From Planctomycetota bacterium (GTDB lineage Bacteria; Planctomycetota; MHYJ01; WSZJ01), in contig JBBTCT010000006.1 of the NCBI GenBank assembly GCA_038060895.1, positions 7,403-71,402 of the forward strand: DNA of 64,000 nt. Direction: 5' to 3'. The notes under the pieces were generated by a model, which was given only the letters and a program-made list of their open reading frames with translations, was not told the origin of the DNA and ran no database searches. This document shows positions 1 through 10,024 of the stretch, one piece after another (positions within the stretch are counted from its first letter, which is position 1; each line of letters opens with the position of its first letter). A program made the translations under genes and the position numbers.

Positions 1-212
1 CAGCCCCAGCCCCAGCCCCCCCAAGCCCAAGCCCGCGTTTCCCCATCCCCTGCCGTTTTCCCCAAGTCACCAATTCATCTTGGTTTACATCAAAGCCATC
101 CACTTCTCTTTTCCTCTCAACTTTCCCCAAACGAAATGCAACCTTTCCACCCACCCGCCGCAAGTCTCTAGTGGTGAGACGGTTCCCAGCGCACCCTTTC
201 CCGGAGACTTCC

Positions 213-1055
213 ATGCTTCGATTCGCCGCCGCCCTTCCCGCCGTTCTCGTCCTCGCCCTCGTCGCCGGCGCCGACGAACCCAAGACCATTACCGTTCGCG
301 GCCACGGGACCGTGAAGGCCAAGCCCGACACGTTGGTGATGACCTTCCACGCGAAGGGAAGCGCGGAAAAGGCGGCCGACGCGATCGAAAAGCTGAACAA
401 GAACCTCAAGACGATGAAGGACGATCTCGCAGCCGTCCTCGCGGACAGGAAAGTGCAGGGCGCGAAGATCGAGGATTCCGGCGTCTGCTTCGCCGGCGCC
501 CAGGGCGCTTCTGGCCAGGTCCAGGTGATCTGGAACGGCGGCGGAAACCAGGTCGAAGCCGGCGCAAATCCCGAAACGAACGCTTCCAGCGAAATCCGTG
601 TCACGATCCCCGCCGTGGACGCGATGAAGCCCGAGGATGTCGCGACACTCGTCTCTGCACTCCTCGACAAGGGCCAGGCCACCGCGAGCGATGAAGCCAA
701 CGACGGCTGCTTCAACGTCTTCGGCGTGACGTACGGCGGCGGCTCGCCGGTCAGCTTCACGATCAGCGATCCCGAGTCGCAGCTCTCCAAGGCCTGGGAC
801 GAGGCCGTGAAAAAGGCCCGCACCCGCGCCGAGACGATTGCTTCCCGGCTAGGCCTCGCAGTCGGCGGCGCCGTCAAGGTCCGCGACCTGTCGGACGACG
901 GGGCCCAGGACAAAAGCGCAGCCGCGACAGCCATGAACTGGGTTGCCCTCCGCGCCGGCCGAGCGGGCACGCCGGTCTCGAGCGGCGAGACGGAGTTGAG
1001 CGTCGCGCTGGAAGTGGAATTCGAGCTGAAGAGGGCGGAGGGGGAGAAGAAGTAG
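213..1055 (+). CDS. SIMPL (DUF541) domain exported protein
   Basis: Signal peptide MLRFAAALPAVLVLALVAGA; ITVRGHGTVKAKPD N-terminal motif; AxxxARxRAExIA and C-terminal LxVEFEL pattern of the SIMPL family; GGAG SD before ATG 213. Confidence 0.85.
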   Translation: MLRFAAALPAVLVLALVAGADEPKTITVRGHGTVKAKPDTLVMTFHAKGSAEKAADAIEKLNKNLKTMKDDLAAVLADRKVQGAKIEDSGVCFAGAQGASGQVQVIWNGGGNQVEAGANPETNASSEIRVTIPAVDAMKPEDVATLVSALLDKGQATASDEANDGCFNVFGVTYGGGSPVSFTISDPESQLSKAWDEAVKKARTRAETIASRLGLAVGGAVKVRDLSDDGAQDKSAAATAMNWVALRAGRAGTPVSSGETELSVALEVEFELKRAEGEKK

Positions 1056-1078
1056 CTGTCGGGTGGAGATGAAGATCA

Positions 1079-1104
1079 AGGGCGGCCCTCGGGCCGCCTT
1101 TTTT
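1079..1104 (+). terminator. Rho-independent terminator
   Basis: GGCGGCC-CTCG-GGCCGCC stem-loop followed by T6, just after the stop at 1055. Confidence 0.85.
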
Positions 1105-1158
1105 GTTGGAGAGCGTGAGTTAGGAAGAGATTTTCCCATCGACGCATAGAATCCGCCC

Positions 1159-4100
1159 GTGACCCAGCCCACCGAGCCGCCAGACCCGTCCCGCTTCGAC
1201 GCCACGCGCATGGCACCGCCCTCCGGTCCCTCGGCCGGGGGCGCAGCCGTGCGATCGGGGGGAGACACGGGGCTGACGAGCATCGGCGGGTACCACCTCG
1301 TCCGTCGCATCGGAAGCGGCGGGATGGGGAGCATCTATCTCGCGGTGCAGGCGTCGGTGGGGCGGCAGGTGGCGATCAAGGTGCTGTCAGCGGACGAGTT
1401 CGACAACGCGCTGGCGGTGGAGCGGTTCGAGCGCGAGGTCAAGGTGCTGGGGCAGCTCTCGCACCCGAACATCTGTCCGGTGCTGGAAGCGGGGCTGGAG
1501 GGGCGGACGTATTTCTATGTGATGGAGCACCTGAAGGGGCTGGACATTTCGAAGGTGCTGCGGACGCAGCGGATGGACCCGCGGCGGGCGGCGGCGATCG
1601 CGGCGCAGGTGGGGCGGGCGCTGCAATACGCGCATGAGCGCGGGATCGTGCATCGCGACGTCAAGCCCCTGAACGTCATGCTCGTGCGCGGGGACCGGCT
1701 GAGGAGCGAAGCGGGTGTCAAACCGGCGCCGCTCGTTGCCGGGCCGGCAGACGACGGGCTGCCGTCGCCGGAGTGGGTGGACAAGGCGGTGCTGATCGAC
1801 TTCGGGCTCGCGCGCGACAAGGCGGGGACGTCGGCGCTCACGGTGTCCGGAGCCGTCATCGGTACGCCGGCGTACATGGCGCCGGAGCAGGCGCGCGGCG
1901 ACCGCCATGCCGTCGCGCCGGCGACGGACGTCTGGGCGCTCGGCGTCATGCTCTACGAAATGCTCGCGCTGAAGACGCCGTTCGAGGGCGAGTCGGTTGG
2001 CGAGATTCTCAACGCGATCCTGAACGCCGACCCGACGCCGCTGCGGCGCCACGCTCCCGACGTCGATCCCGACCTCGAAACCATCGTCCAGCACGCGATG
2101 GAGAAAGAGCCCGCGCGCCGCTACGCCTCCGCCGGCGAAATGGCCGACGACCTCGACCGCTGGCTCGCCGGCGAGCCCGTGCGCGCCCGGCGCGCCAGCC
2201 TGGGCTACCGGATCCGCAGGCGCGTGTCGCGCAACAAGCTCGCTTCGGTCGCGATCGCCGCCGCGGCTGCGCTCGCCGCGGCCGGACTCTGGATGGGCTT
2301 CGCCCCGGGAGAGATCCGCCTCGACGGCGATCTCGCCGGCGCTTCCGTCACGCTCAACGGCCACCCGCGAACGGGCCCCGCGCTGCGCGTCTGGCCACCC
2401 GGGACAGTGCGCGTCGAAGTCGCGCGCGAGGGATTCCGGACCTTCTCGAAAGAACTCGACGTCAAGGCGCGCTCCAGCGTCCCCGTCGCCGTCACGATGC
2501 CCTCGCTCTTCGGCTCGATCCGGATCGAGTCCACGCCGCCGGGGGCCGAAGCGTCGTCCGGCGGGGCGCTTCTTGGCCGCACGCCGTGCGTTGCGCGCCT
2601 TCCCATCGGCCTTCGCGAAATCCGGCTCCGCGCGCCGCTTCATGGAGATCACGTCGAGAGCGTCGAAGTCGAGTCCGGGGTCGAAAAGCCGCACCGCGCG
2701 TCGCTCACGCACGAAACCGGAACGCTCTTCGTCGAATGCGAGCCCGCCGAGCTTGGCCTCGACCTCGTGCACCGGGAGAGCGGCGAAGCGCTCTTCACCG
2801 CCGCGCCCGCGAAACACATCCCGCTCAAGACCGGCCACTGGACGGGTTTCGCGCACGCCGAGAACCGGTGGCGCCGCGCGCTGGCGTTCGAAGTGCGGAC
2901 GGGGGAGGAAGCGGAGATCGGGATCACGCTGCCGGAGATGGTGATCTGGAAGCACACGTCGGACCCGATGCACCTGAACTGGGTCGCGGGCGACGTGAAC
3001 GGCGACCGCACCCCGGACATTCTCGTCGCCAACGGCAAGCCCGGGCGGCTCCGTGCGCTGGATGGCAGGACGGGGCGGTTGCTCTGGATCCACGAAGGCC
3101 TGCCGGATTCGCCGGCGCTGAGCCGGCCGATCCCGGTAGACATCGCCGACCTGGACGGAGACCTGCGCCCCGAGGTCGTCTTCGGCGGCGGCGGGGAAGT
3201 CACCGTGCTGGACGGCGCTTCCGGAAAACGCCGTTCGGCCTGGCCGGTGCCCGGCTGCGCGGGCGCCATGGCGCTCGGCGATCACGACGGCGACGGGCGC
3301 GCGGACGTCCTCGCGTGGTCCGCGTCGGGCATCGGCCTGCTTCGCGGCCTGGACGGGAAGCGCCTCTGGTGGATGGCGACGCTGGGCGACCCGATTCCGC
3401 CGTGGCCGATGCCGGCGCGCCTGAACGCCGACGCGTTTCCCGACGTGATCCTGCACGACACCGGCCGCGTCGTCGGCGTGGACGGCCGCGACGGCAAGGC
3501 CCTCTGGATCGTCCCGCACGGCTCCAGCAGTTATCACTTCACCGCCGACCTGAACGCCGACGGGTTCGACGACGCGTGGCTCGCGCACGCGGTCGGCAGC
3601 AACCTGGACCTGGACGCGATTTCAGGCGTCGATGGAAGCGTCCTCTGGACGTACTCCCAGGCGAATGCCGCCACGGCCCAGCCCACCGGCGGCGCCGCGG
3701 ACCTGGACGGCGACGGCAGCCTGGAGATCGTGCAGCAGCGCGAAGAATCGATTCACATCTTCTCCTGCACGACGAAAGGCCCTGTCAAAGTCCTGCCGAT
3801 CCCGGCGAGCTGGCCGCGGCCGGTCTTTCTCGACCTGACCGGCGACGGCCGCCCGGAAATTCTCATCCCCTCGGGTTCCTCCGTGCTCGGCATCGACGCC
3901 ACGACCTGGAGCGAAGTCTGGAGATTCGACCTCGAGTCGAAATGCACCTCGACGCCGCTTCTCGCCGACTTCGACGGCGACGGGCGGCAGGACATCGCCG
4001 TGCAGTCTGAAGCGGGGGTCATCTCCGTCGTCTCGGCGTTCGAGTCGCCGCTTCTGTGGCGCCACGGCCACCCGCATTACTGGACGGAGCAGCCCGTCCC

Positions 4101-6159
4101 CGACGCCGATCCCGCGCGGACGCTGTTCGTGCCCGGCGTGCCCACGCGCCTGCTCAACGCTTCGGACGGCCGCTCGCTCGCGGAGTGGTCCCTCTCCGGC
4201 CACTTCCGCGCCGTCGCCGCGCGCCGCGACGGCGTCCTGCGCTTCCTGATCGAGGGGCAGGGAATGGCGCTGGTGGACCCGGGGGTGAAGAAGGAGATCT
4301 GGAGGCAGCCGCGCTACCGGGGTTGGACGCGCCCGCTGGTCACGGACCTGAATGCCGACGGCACCGACGACGCCGTGTGGGGCGGAGACCAGTTCGGCGG
4401 GGAGTCGATCGTGGAAGCGTTCGACGGGCGGGACGGCGCGACGCTCTGGAAGAAGAAGTTCGCGCGGCAGCCCGGGGCGGGCGTCGCCGCCGCCGGCGGG
4501 CTGATCTGGGTGCCGGGGAGGGACGGCCGCCTTCACGCGCTGGCGCCGGGAACCGGCGAGGAAGCGGCGGCGTTCGAGGCGGGAGGCGTTCCGACCTCGG
4601 TCGCGGCGGCAGGGGACGATGTCGTGTTCGGGACGCAAAAAGGAACGGTCGCGCGGTTGCGGAAAGCGGAGGGCATCGTGTGGTCGCGCGCCCTGGGAAT
4701 CGCGCTTCATACGCACTCCCCGGTCGTCGCCGGCGATTTCGTCGGCGTGAGCGGCATCGACGGAGCCGTGGCGCTCCTCGACGCGCGCGACGGAACTCTC
4801 CTCTGGCGGCGCAACCTCGACCTGCCCGTGGCGGGCCCTCCTGCCCTTCGCGACCTCGACAACGACGGCCGCCCCGAAGCCGCGATCGCCGGCTCCGACG
4901 GCCTCGTCATGGTCCTCGGCGGCCGCGACGGCTCGCGCCTCTGGGCCTGGAACCTCCGCGCCACCGTCGGCACCACCGTCCCCGTCTGGTGCGACCTCAC
5001 CGGCGACAACCGCCCCGAGCTCCTCATCGTCACCCGCGACGCCCGCCTCCACGCCCTCACCGTCGATCTCAACCCGCGCCCCGTCGTCCACTGGTCACGC
5101 CCCTGGCAGCGTTCCGTCACCCAAGCCGCCGCCCCCGGCCGCGACGAAGCCGCCCGTGTCCGCGCCCGCGACGCCTGGCGCGACGGCGCGTGGGCCGAAG
5201 CGCTGGCCGCCGGACGCGAAGGCGCGACCGCCGAAGCGGCGTGGTACGCGGGGATGGCCGCCAGCCGCCTTGGCGACGGCGAAGCCCTGCTGAAACACGC
5301 CGCCGAAGCCCGCGCCCGTGGTTGCCGCAGGCTCGATCTCGAGGTCGAAGCGGCCGCCGTGCTCTCCACCGCGGAAGTCGAGCAGGCGCTCCGGTCCGCA
5401 CTCGAATCGGCCTCGATAGCCGACGTCCGCGCCGCGATCCCCCCCGCAGCCCTCGCTACCGCCTGGCGCGCCGCCGCTCTCCGCGCCCAGCAGACCTCCG
5501 AGTCCTCCGGCGACTGGCCGCGCGCCATCGCCCTCGCCGCTTCCGGCTCCGGGTGGGAAGCCGTCACCATCTGCTTCTCCGTCGCCACGGAAGCCGGCGC
5601 CGACGGCGGCGTCCTTCTTCTGGCGCGAGGCCGCGCCGCGCTCAGCCTCAACAAAGTCGCCGAGGGGGTTTCCGACCTGCGCGAAGCGGCGCGGCAAGGC
5701 AGCGCGGTTCTCGAAGCCCGCGAAGATCTGCGCGCCCTCGAGCTCCAGTCCGACGCCGAAGCCGCCGAAGCCGCCCGGGCCTACGGCGCCGGCGACGGCC
5801 CCCGCGCCGCCCGCCTCGCCGAACGCGCCGCCCTCGTCCGCCCCGAAAATCCCGAGCGCTGGAACTCCCTCGCCTGGTACCTCGCCACTTCCAAGGGCGC
5901 CACCCTCGACGACGGCCGCCGCGCCGTTCACCACGCCCGGCTCGCCGTCGTCCTCACCCGCCGCTCCGGCGACACATCCGGCCTCGCCGGCATCCTCGAC
6001 ACCCTCGCCGCCGCCCACGCCACCGCCGGCGAATTCGAAATGGCCGCCCGGACGCAGCGGGAGGCGCTCGGGCTTGAGATCACGGAGGCGGAGCGGGCGG
6101 AGTTTGAGAAGCGGCTGAAGGAGTACCAGAGCGAGGCTGCGAAGAGCGAACCGCGCTGA
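1159..6159 (+). CDS. Ser/Thr protein kinase with TM segment, PEGA domains, FG-GAP/PQQ-like beta-propeller repeats and C-terminal TPR
   Basis: GSGGMG, VAIK, HRDVKPLN, DFG, GTPAYMAPE, DVWALG motifs; hydrophobic segment after the kinase; IESTPPGA..GRTP PEGA motif; many DLNGDG/DGRDG..LW repeats; WNSLAWYLAT...LDTLAAAHA TPR end. Confidence 0.92.
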   Translation: MTQPTEPPDPSRFDATRMAPPSGPSAGGAAVRSGGDTGLTSIGGYHLVRRIGSGGMGSIYLAVQASVGRQVAIKVLSADEFDNALAVERFEREVKVLGQLSHPNICPVLEAGLEGRTYFYVMEHLKGLDISKVLRTQRMDPRRAAAIAAQVGRALQYAHERGIVHRDVKPLNVMLVRGDRLRSEAGVKPAPLVAGPADDGLPSPEWVDKAVLIDFGLARDKAGTSALTVSGAVIGTPAYMAPEQARGDRHAVAPATDVWALGVMLYEMLALKTPFEGESVGEILNAILNADPTPLRRHAPDVDPDLETIVQHAMEKEPARRYASAGEMADDLDRWLAGEPVRARRASLGYRIRRRVSRNKLASVAIAAAAALAAAGLWMGFAPGEIRLDGDLAGASVTLNGHPRTGPALRVWPPGTVRVEVAREGFRTFSKELDVKARSSVPVAVTMPSLFGSIRIESTPPGAEASSGGALLGRTPCVARLPIGLREIRLRAPLHGDHVESVEVESGVEKPHRASLTHETGTLFVECEPAELGLDLVHRESGEALFTAAPAKHIPLKTGHWTGFAHAENRWRRALAFEVRTGEEAEIGITLPEMVIWKHTSDPMHLNWVAGDVNGDRTPDILVANGKPGRLRALDGRTGRLLWIHEGLPDSPALSRPIPVDIADLDGDLRPEVVFGGGGEVTVLDGASGKRRSAWPVPGCAGAMALGDHDGDGRADVLAWSASGIGLLRGLDGKRLWWMATLGDPIPPWPMPARLNADAFPDVILHDTGRVVGVDGRDGKALWIVPHGSSSYHFTADLNADGFDDAWLAHAVGSNLDLDAISGVDGSVLWTYSQANAATAQPTGGAADLDGDGSLEIVQQREESIHIFSCTTKGPVKVLPIPASWPRPVFLDLTGDGRPEILIPSGSSVLGIDATTWSEVWRFDLESKCTSTPLLADFDGDGRQDIAVQSEAGVISVVSAFESPLLWRHGHPHYWTEQPVPDADPARTLFVPGVPTRLLNASDGRSLAEWSLSGHFRAVAARRDGVLRFLIEGQGMALVDPGVKKEIWRQPRYRGWTRPLVTDLNADGTDDAVWGGDQFGGESIVEAFDGRDGATLWKKKFARQPGAGVAAAGGLIWVPGRDGRLHALAPGTGEEAAAFEAGGVPTSVAAAGDDVVFGTQKGTVARLRKAEGIVWSRALGIALHTHSPVVAGDFVGVSGIDGAVALLDARDGTLLWRRNLDLPVAGPPALRDLDNDGRPEAAIAGSDGLVMVLGGRDGSRLWAWNLRATVGTTVPVWCDLTGDNRPELLIVTRDARLHALTVDLNPRPVVHWSRPWQRSVTQAAAPGRDEAARVRARDAWRDGAWAEALAAGREGATAEAAWYAGMAASRLGDGEALLKHAAEARARGCRRLDLEVEAAAVLSTAEVEQALRSALESASIADVRAAIPPAALATAWRAAALRAQQTSESSGDWPRAIALAASGSGWEAVTICFSVATEAGADGGVLLLARGRAALSLNKVAEGVSDLREAARQGSAVLEAREDLRALELQSDAEAAEAARAYGAGDGPRAARLAERAALVRPENPERWNSLAWYLATSKGATLDDGRRAVHHARLAVVLTRRSGDTSGLAGILDTLAAAHATAGEFEMAARTQREALGLEITEAERAEFEKRLKEYQSEAAKSEPR

Positions 6160-6193
6160 AATCAAAAGAGAGAGCAAGGTAAGAACTGTCTCT

Positions 6194-6448
6194 TCACGGA
6201 GCGAGTGCAGCGCACTGGGCGCACAAGCCGCGTTCGTTCAGCGGCAAAGGTTTGAACATCCGACGCAAACTTCCGGCGCCGGCACCGTAGTACGCTTCTT
6301 GTTCCTGGTGTGAATAGAGAGACGTTCCGACGTCCTTCGGCATTTCCGGTTTCAGGCCCGTGGCCTGACAGCCGGCGCATTGATTGACCCACTTCCGAAA
6401 CTCAGGATATTGCCTGAGATAGTCTTCTCCTTCGGCTGACCATTGCAT
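6194..6448 (-). CDS. Small hypothetical protein (84 aa) with two CxxC pairs, possibly Zn-binding
   Basis: MQWSAEGEDYLRQYPEFRKWVNQCAGC...LCAQC; protein-like composition only from the ATG at 6448. Confidence 0.55.
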   Translation of the reverse strand: MQWSAEGEDYLRQYPEFRKWVNQCAGCQATGLKPEMPKDVGTSLYSHQEQEAYYGAGAGSLRRMFKPLPLNERGLCAQCAALAP

Positions 6449-6518
6449 GATGCTGCCCAACCTAATTTCCCGCTGAGTTCTTTCTCTTTTTGGTCGACCG
6501 CTGCTTTCCTGACGGATT

Positions 6519-7406
6519 CTACAGCGAGCGCTTCGACCTTTTGACCAGCCTGTCGAAATCGCTCTCCCGCTCCGGTTCTGCCGCAAGACGCTTAGCCTCG
6601 TACCGCTCGAACTGCTCCACCGCGTGCTTCTCGGCGAGTCCGTGGGAGACGGCACCGGCGTGACTGAGGATGTTGCGTTCATTAAACGAGAGGAAGGCAT
6701 CGAGCTTCGCGGCCCAGTCGGCCATGGGCATTGGGTGGTGGCGCTTCGCCTGGTCCTCGGCGTAATCGAGGTACATGCCCACGACCCGGTTGAGCTCCGT
6801 GAGCTCCGGCTCGGTGAGGTAGTTCTTGGCGACGGCGACGTCGGGGCGGCGCACGGGGCCGGCGGGGGCGTTCTTCCACGTCGTCAGGCCCATGTGAGGC
6901 CGAGCAGCGTCGGCGCGCTCGTGGACCAGCTCGGCGGCGGTGCGGCCGTGGATCGCCCAGTGGAGCTTGTTCTGCACGGTGGCAAAGAATTTCTGGCAGG
7001 CGTCGGAGGCAGGGTCGTAGTCGATGCTGGTGGCGTAGATGTCGGTGACCTTCTGGTAGAGCAATCGCCCCGAAGCGCGAATGTCGCGAATGCGGGCGAG
7101 GAGCTCGTCGAAGTAGTCCTGGCCGATCGTCTTCCCCGCCTTGAGGCGCTCGTCGTCCATGGTGAAGCCCTTGACGAGCAGCTCGTTCAGGCGCGCCGTG
7201 GCCCACTGGCGGAACTGGGTCCCACGGGGGGAGCGGACGCGGTAGCCGATGGCGAGGATGGCTTCGAGGTTGTAATGGGCGATGTCGCGGGTGACCTTGC
7301 GGCCCGTTTCAGATTGAACTATTCGGAAATTCCGAATAGTTGCCCCTCCTTGGAGCTCTCCGTCGGCGTAAATCCCGGCCCCCGGCGGCCGCGATCCGCA
7401 ACCCAC
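6519..7406 (-). pseudogene. RhuM-family protein, apparently lacking its normal N-terminus
   Basis: HYNLEAILAIGYRVRSPRGTQFRQWAT, ELLARIRDIRAS and FFATVQNKLHWAIHGRTAAEL are RhuM-family motifs. Similarity starts only at GIYADGEL (~7375); the usual first ~50 aa are not in frame. Confidence 0.75.
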
Positions 7407-7571
7407 CCCGCGTCATCGCTGCCGGGAACGGCGATGCGAACGCCCAGCTTCGGTTTATCCGGCGGGATACATCCTCGTGCGCCTGCGGATACGGACGAAA
7501 TACGAACCCGGCTGGAGCCGGCACGGTACGGAGATTGCGAAGCACCTCTTCGAATCCATTCGAGGTGCCCC

Positions 7572-8540
7572 ATGATCCGAATCCTGCTGCTTGCATTTGC
7601 CCTGGCTCCGGCGGCTGCCGCCGTTGCCGGCGAAGCGGACTGCTGAACCAAAGACTCGCCGAAACCCTGGGTGGGTTTCAACAAGGTCGTCCGGTGGGAG
7701 CCGTCGCTCTCCGCCGCGCAGGAAAAGGCGCGGGAAGAGAAGAAACTCATCCTCTATTACGTCCTGGTCGGCGACCTGGACAAGGAAGGCTGCTGAGCTG
7801 CGGGAGATGTCCTGAGAACCGTGACGTTCTCGGATGAAGAAGTCGGCAAGGCGCTCTCGAAGGACTTCGTGTGCGCGTGGAAGAACCGCAAGGACGGATT
7901 CCACAATTGCGATCCGAAGGTCGAACAGGGAATCTACGAGACGACGGCGGACGCTTTCCCGACCATGAACATCATCACGCTGTTCCTGACGCCGGACCTG
8001 CAGGTCGTGCACTACTTCGCCGGATACTTCTCGCCCGGGTTGTTCCTGCGGCAGACCGCGTTTGCCCGGAAGGCGCGCGAGGCGCTCTTCGACGCTGACT
8101 TTCAGCCCCGGGACCGCGGCGCCGAGTCCTTCGAAAAGCTGCACGTGGAAGCCGGCGCTGCGACAAAGTCCGAGGCCGCCGCGCTGGAAGCCGGCGGGGA
8201 AGCGTGGAAAGAAGCGACGAAGGGTCTGAGCGTGCCCTGCTACCGGGGCCTCTGCCACACCCACAGCGAAGCGTGCCTGGGGTCGCTTGAGTCGGTGAAT
8301 TCGTACCTGTCGATCGTGCACGGCGACATGTCCGGGAAAAGGGATGTCGAAGAGGATTTGCAGAGATTCAACAACAACCGCGCGCAGAACCTGAGCAGGT
8401 ACCGCGGCTGGTCTTCGCTCACGCGCGTGAAACGGAAGGTCGAACCTTACGCCGGCGAAAAGCGGATCGTGGAAGGCCTCAAGGTCCTGAGCGAGGTCGA
8501 GGGGAGCTACCTCTACGGGAATGCGTTCACGGAGGAGTAG
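7572..8540 (+). CDS. Exported SelN-like thioredoxin-fold selenoprotein, two in-frame UGA (7644-7646, 7794-7796), 322 aa
   Basis: GAGG SD and ATG 7572; signal peptide; continuous frame ...ADC-U-TKDSPKPW...GDLDKEGC-U-AAGDVLRTVTFSD... joining ORF 7821..8540; each TGA follows a Cys codon and precedes a hairpin. Confidence 0.85.
7661..7679 (+). promoter_or_regulatory. Putative bacterial SECIS element 1
   Basis: GAAACCC-TGGGT-GGGTTTC perfect 7-bp stem; loop starts 21 nt after UGA 7644-7646 and has G at its second position. Confidence 0.7.
7810..7834 (+). promoter_or_regulatory. Putative bacterial SECIS element 2
   Basis: TCC-T(bulge)-GAGAAC-CGTGAC-GTTCTC-GGA; loop starts 23 nt after UGA 7794-7796, with GU at loop positions 2-3 and a bulged U in the stem. 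Confidence 0.7.
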
Positions 8541-8611
8541 CTGAACGTATCGCCGGGAAAGCGGCCGCGCGCTTCAATGAGAGCATGAACGTAGTGACCG
8601 CGCGGCCGCGC

Positions 8612-10024
8612 GTGAACTCCGCAGAGTCGGTCTACCTGTTTCGTCACGCGCTCCTGCGCGATGCGGCGTATCAACTCCAGCTCCCCGGCGACCGCGCGCG
8701 CCTGCATGCTTTGGCTTTTGCGGCGATTGAGGAGCTGGCGGGCGGGCGGGCGCCGGCGATGGCGCCGCTTGACGCGCACGAACAGCCGCGATTTCAGCCC
8801 CACTCGACCGACGCCTTCGCGATGGAGCTCGCTGAACACGCCGCCGCGGCCGGCCCTTCGGCCGTCCCCCTGGATTCCGAACGGCACTATCTGTGCCGTG
8901 CGGCACGGATCGCGGAGAAAACGCACGCGAACGAGGCCTGCGAAGTGCTCTGGTTGAAAGTCGCGGCGCTGGTGGACGGCGTGGCAAGGGGCGTGGCCTT
9001 GAGCAGGGCCGCAATCGTCGCCCACCATCTGGGCCAGACAAGCCGCGCCGAGCCGCTCTTCCGGCGGGCCCTCGACGAGCATCGTCGAGCGGGAAGCCGG
9101 TGGTTCGAGGGAATGGCGTTGACCGACATCGCCAACGTGCTCGAGGAAACCGGCGACCTCGCCGGGGCGGAGCGGATTTACGACGAAGCGCTGGCCATTC
9201 ACCGCGAAACCGGAAACCGGCGTAACGAGGGCATCGCGTGGAGCAACCTGTCGAGCCTCTATGCCCATACAGGACGATCCGCAGCAGCGGAAGAAGCGCT
9301 GGCGAAGGCGCTTGTCCTCTTTCGCGAGCGCGGCGATCGACGCCTGGAAGGATCCGCGCTGAACAAGCTCAGTGTCCGCTACCTGGCGACCGGGAAAGCA
9401 GACCAGGCGGAGCGGGCAAGCGAGGAATCGCTGGCCATCCTGCGCGACCTCGGCGAGCGACGGCTGGAGGGCATCGCTCTCGCAAATCTCTCCCAGGTGC
9501 ATCGGGAGAAGGGAATGGCGCAGGAAGCCGAGCGCGCGAATCTCGAATCGCTGCGGATTCTCCGGGAAGTGGGGGCCCGCCCGGCCCAGGGCGGACCACT
9601 GGACAACCTGGTTGTTCTCTACCTCGACGCGGGCCGTCTCAGGGAAGCCGAGGAGGCGTGCCGGGCATCGCTGGCGATCCACGCGGAGGCCGGCAATCGC
9701 CGCTCCGAGGGGATCGCCCTGGGAAATCTCGGCGAGATTCAAAGGCAGAACGGGCGTCTCGACGAGGCCCAGGAGTCGTACCGTCGCTGCATTTCCAGAC
9801 TCCGCCAGGCCGGCGACGTCAAGTTCCTGGGCGAGAACCTGTGCGATTTCGCCCTCGTGCTCGTCGAATCGGGTCGCGAGGCCGACGCGCGAAAGACGTG
9901 GCACGAGGGCGCTTCCCTCCTTCGGGACCACGGCGAGTCCGCCCTGCTGCAGCAGAAAATCCCGCACATGCACTCGGCGTGCCGAAACGCCGGGACCGCT
10001 CTCTTCGATGAGGCCGCCCCGTGA
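8612..10024 (+). CDS. Stand-alone TPR protein, FRHALLRDAAY family, copy 1 (alternative start ATG 8585)
   Basis: Starts VNSAESVYLFRHALLRDAAYQLQLPGDRARLH; ~40-aa ALAIHRExGNRRxEGIALxNL repeats. Confidence 0.88.
   Translation: MNSAESVYLFRHALLRDAAYQLQLPGDRARLHALAFAAIEELAGGRAPAMAPLDAHEQPRFQPHSTDAFAMELAEHAAAAGPSAVPLDSERHYLCRAARIAEKTHANEACEVLWLKVAALVDGVARGVALSRAAIVAHHLGQTSRAEPLFRRALDEHRRAGSRWFEGMALTDIANVLEETGDLAGAERIYDEALAIHRETGNRRNEGIAWSNLSSLYAHTGRSAAAEEALAKALVLFRERGDRRLEGSALNKLSVRYLATGKADQAERASEESLAILRDLGERRLEGIALANLSQVHREKGMAQEAERANLESLRILREVGARPAQGGPLDNLVVLYLDAGRLREAEEACRASLAIHAEAGNRRSEGIALGNLGEIQRQNGRLDEAQESYRRCISRLRQAGDVKFLGENLCDFALVLVESGREADARKTWHEGASLLRDHGESALLQQKIPHMHSACRNAGTALFDEAAP

Noticed and set aside
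1-35. CAGCCC/CAAGCC hexamer run at the window edge
   Set aside because: Short, cut by the window boundary, and lacking context for interpretation.
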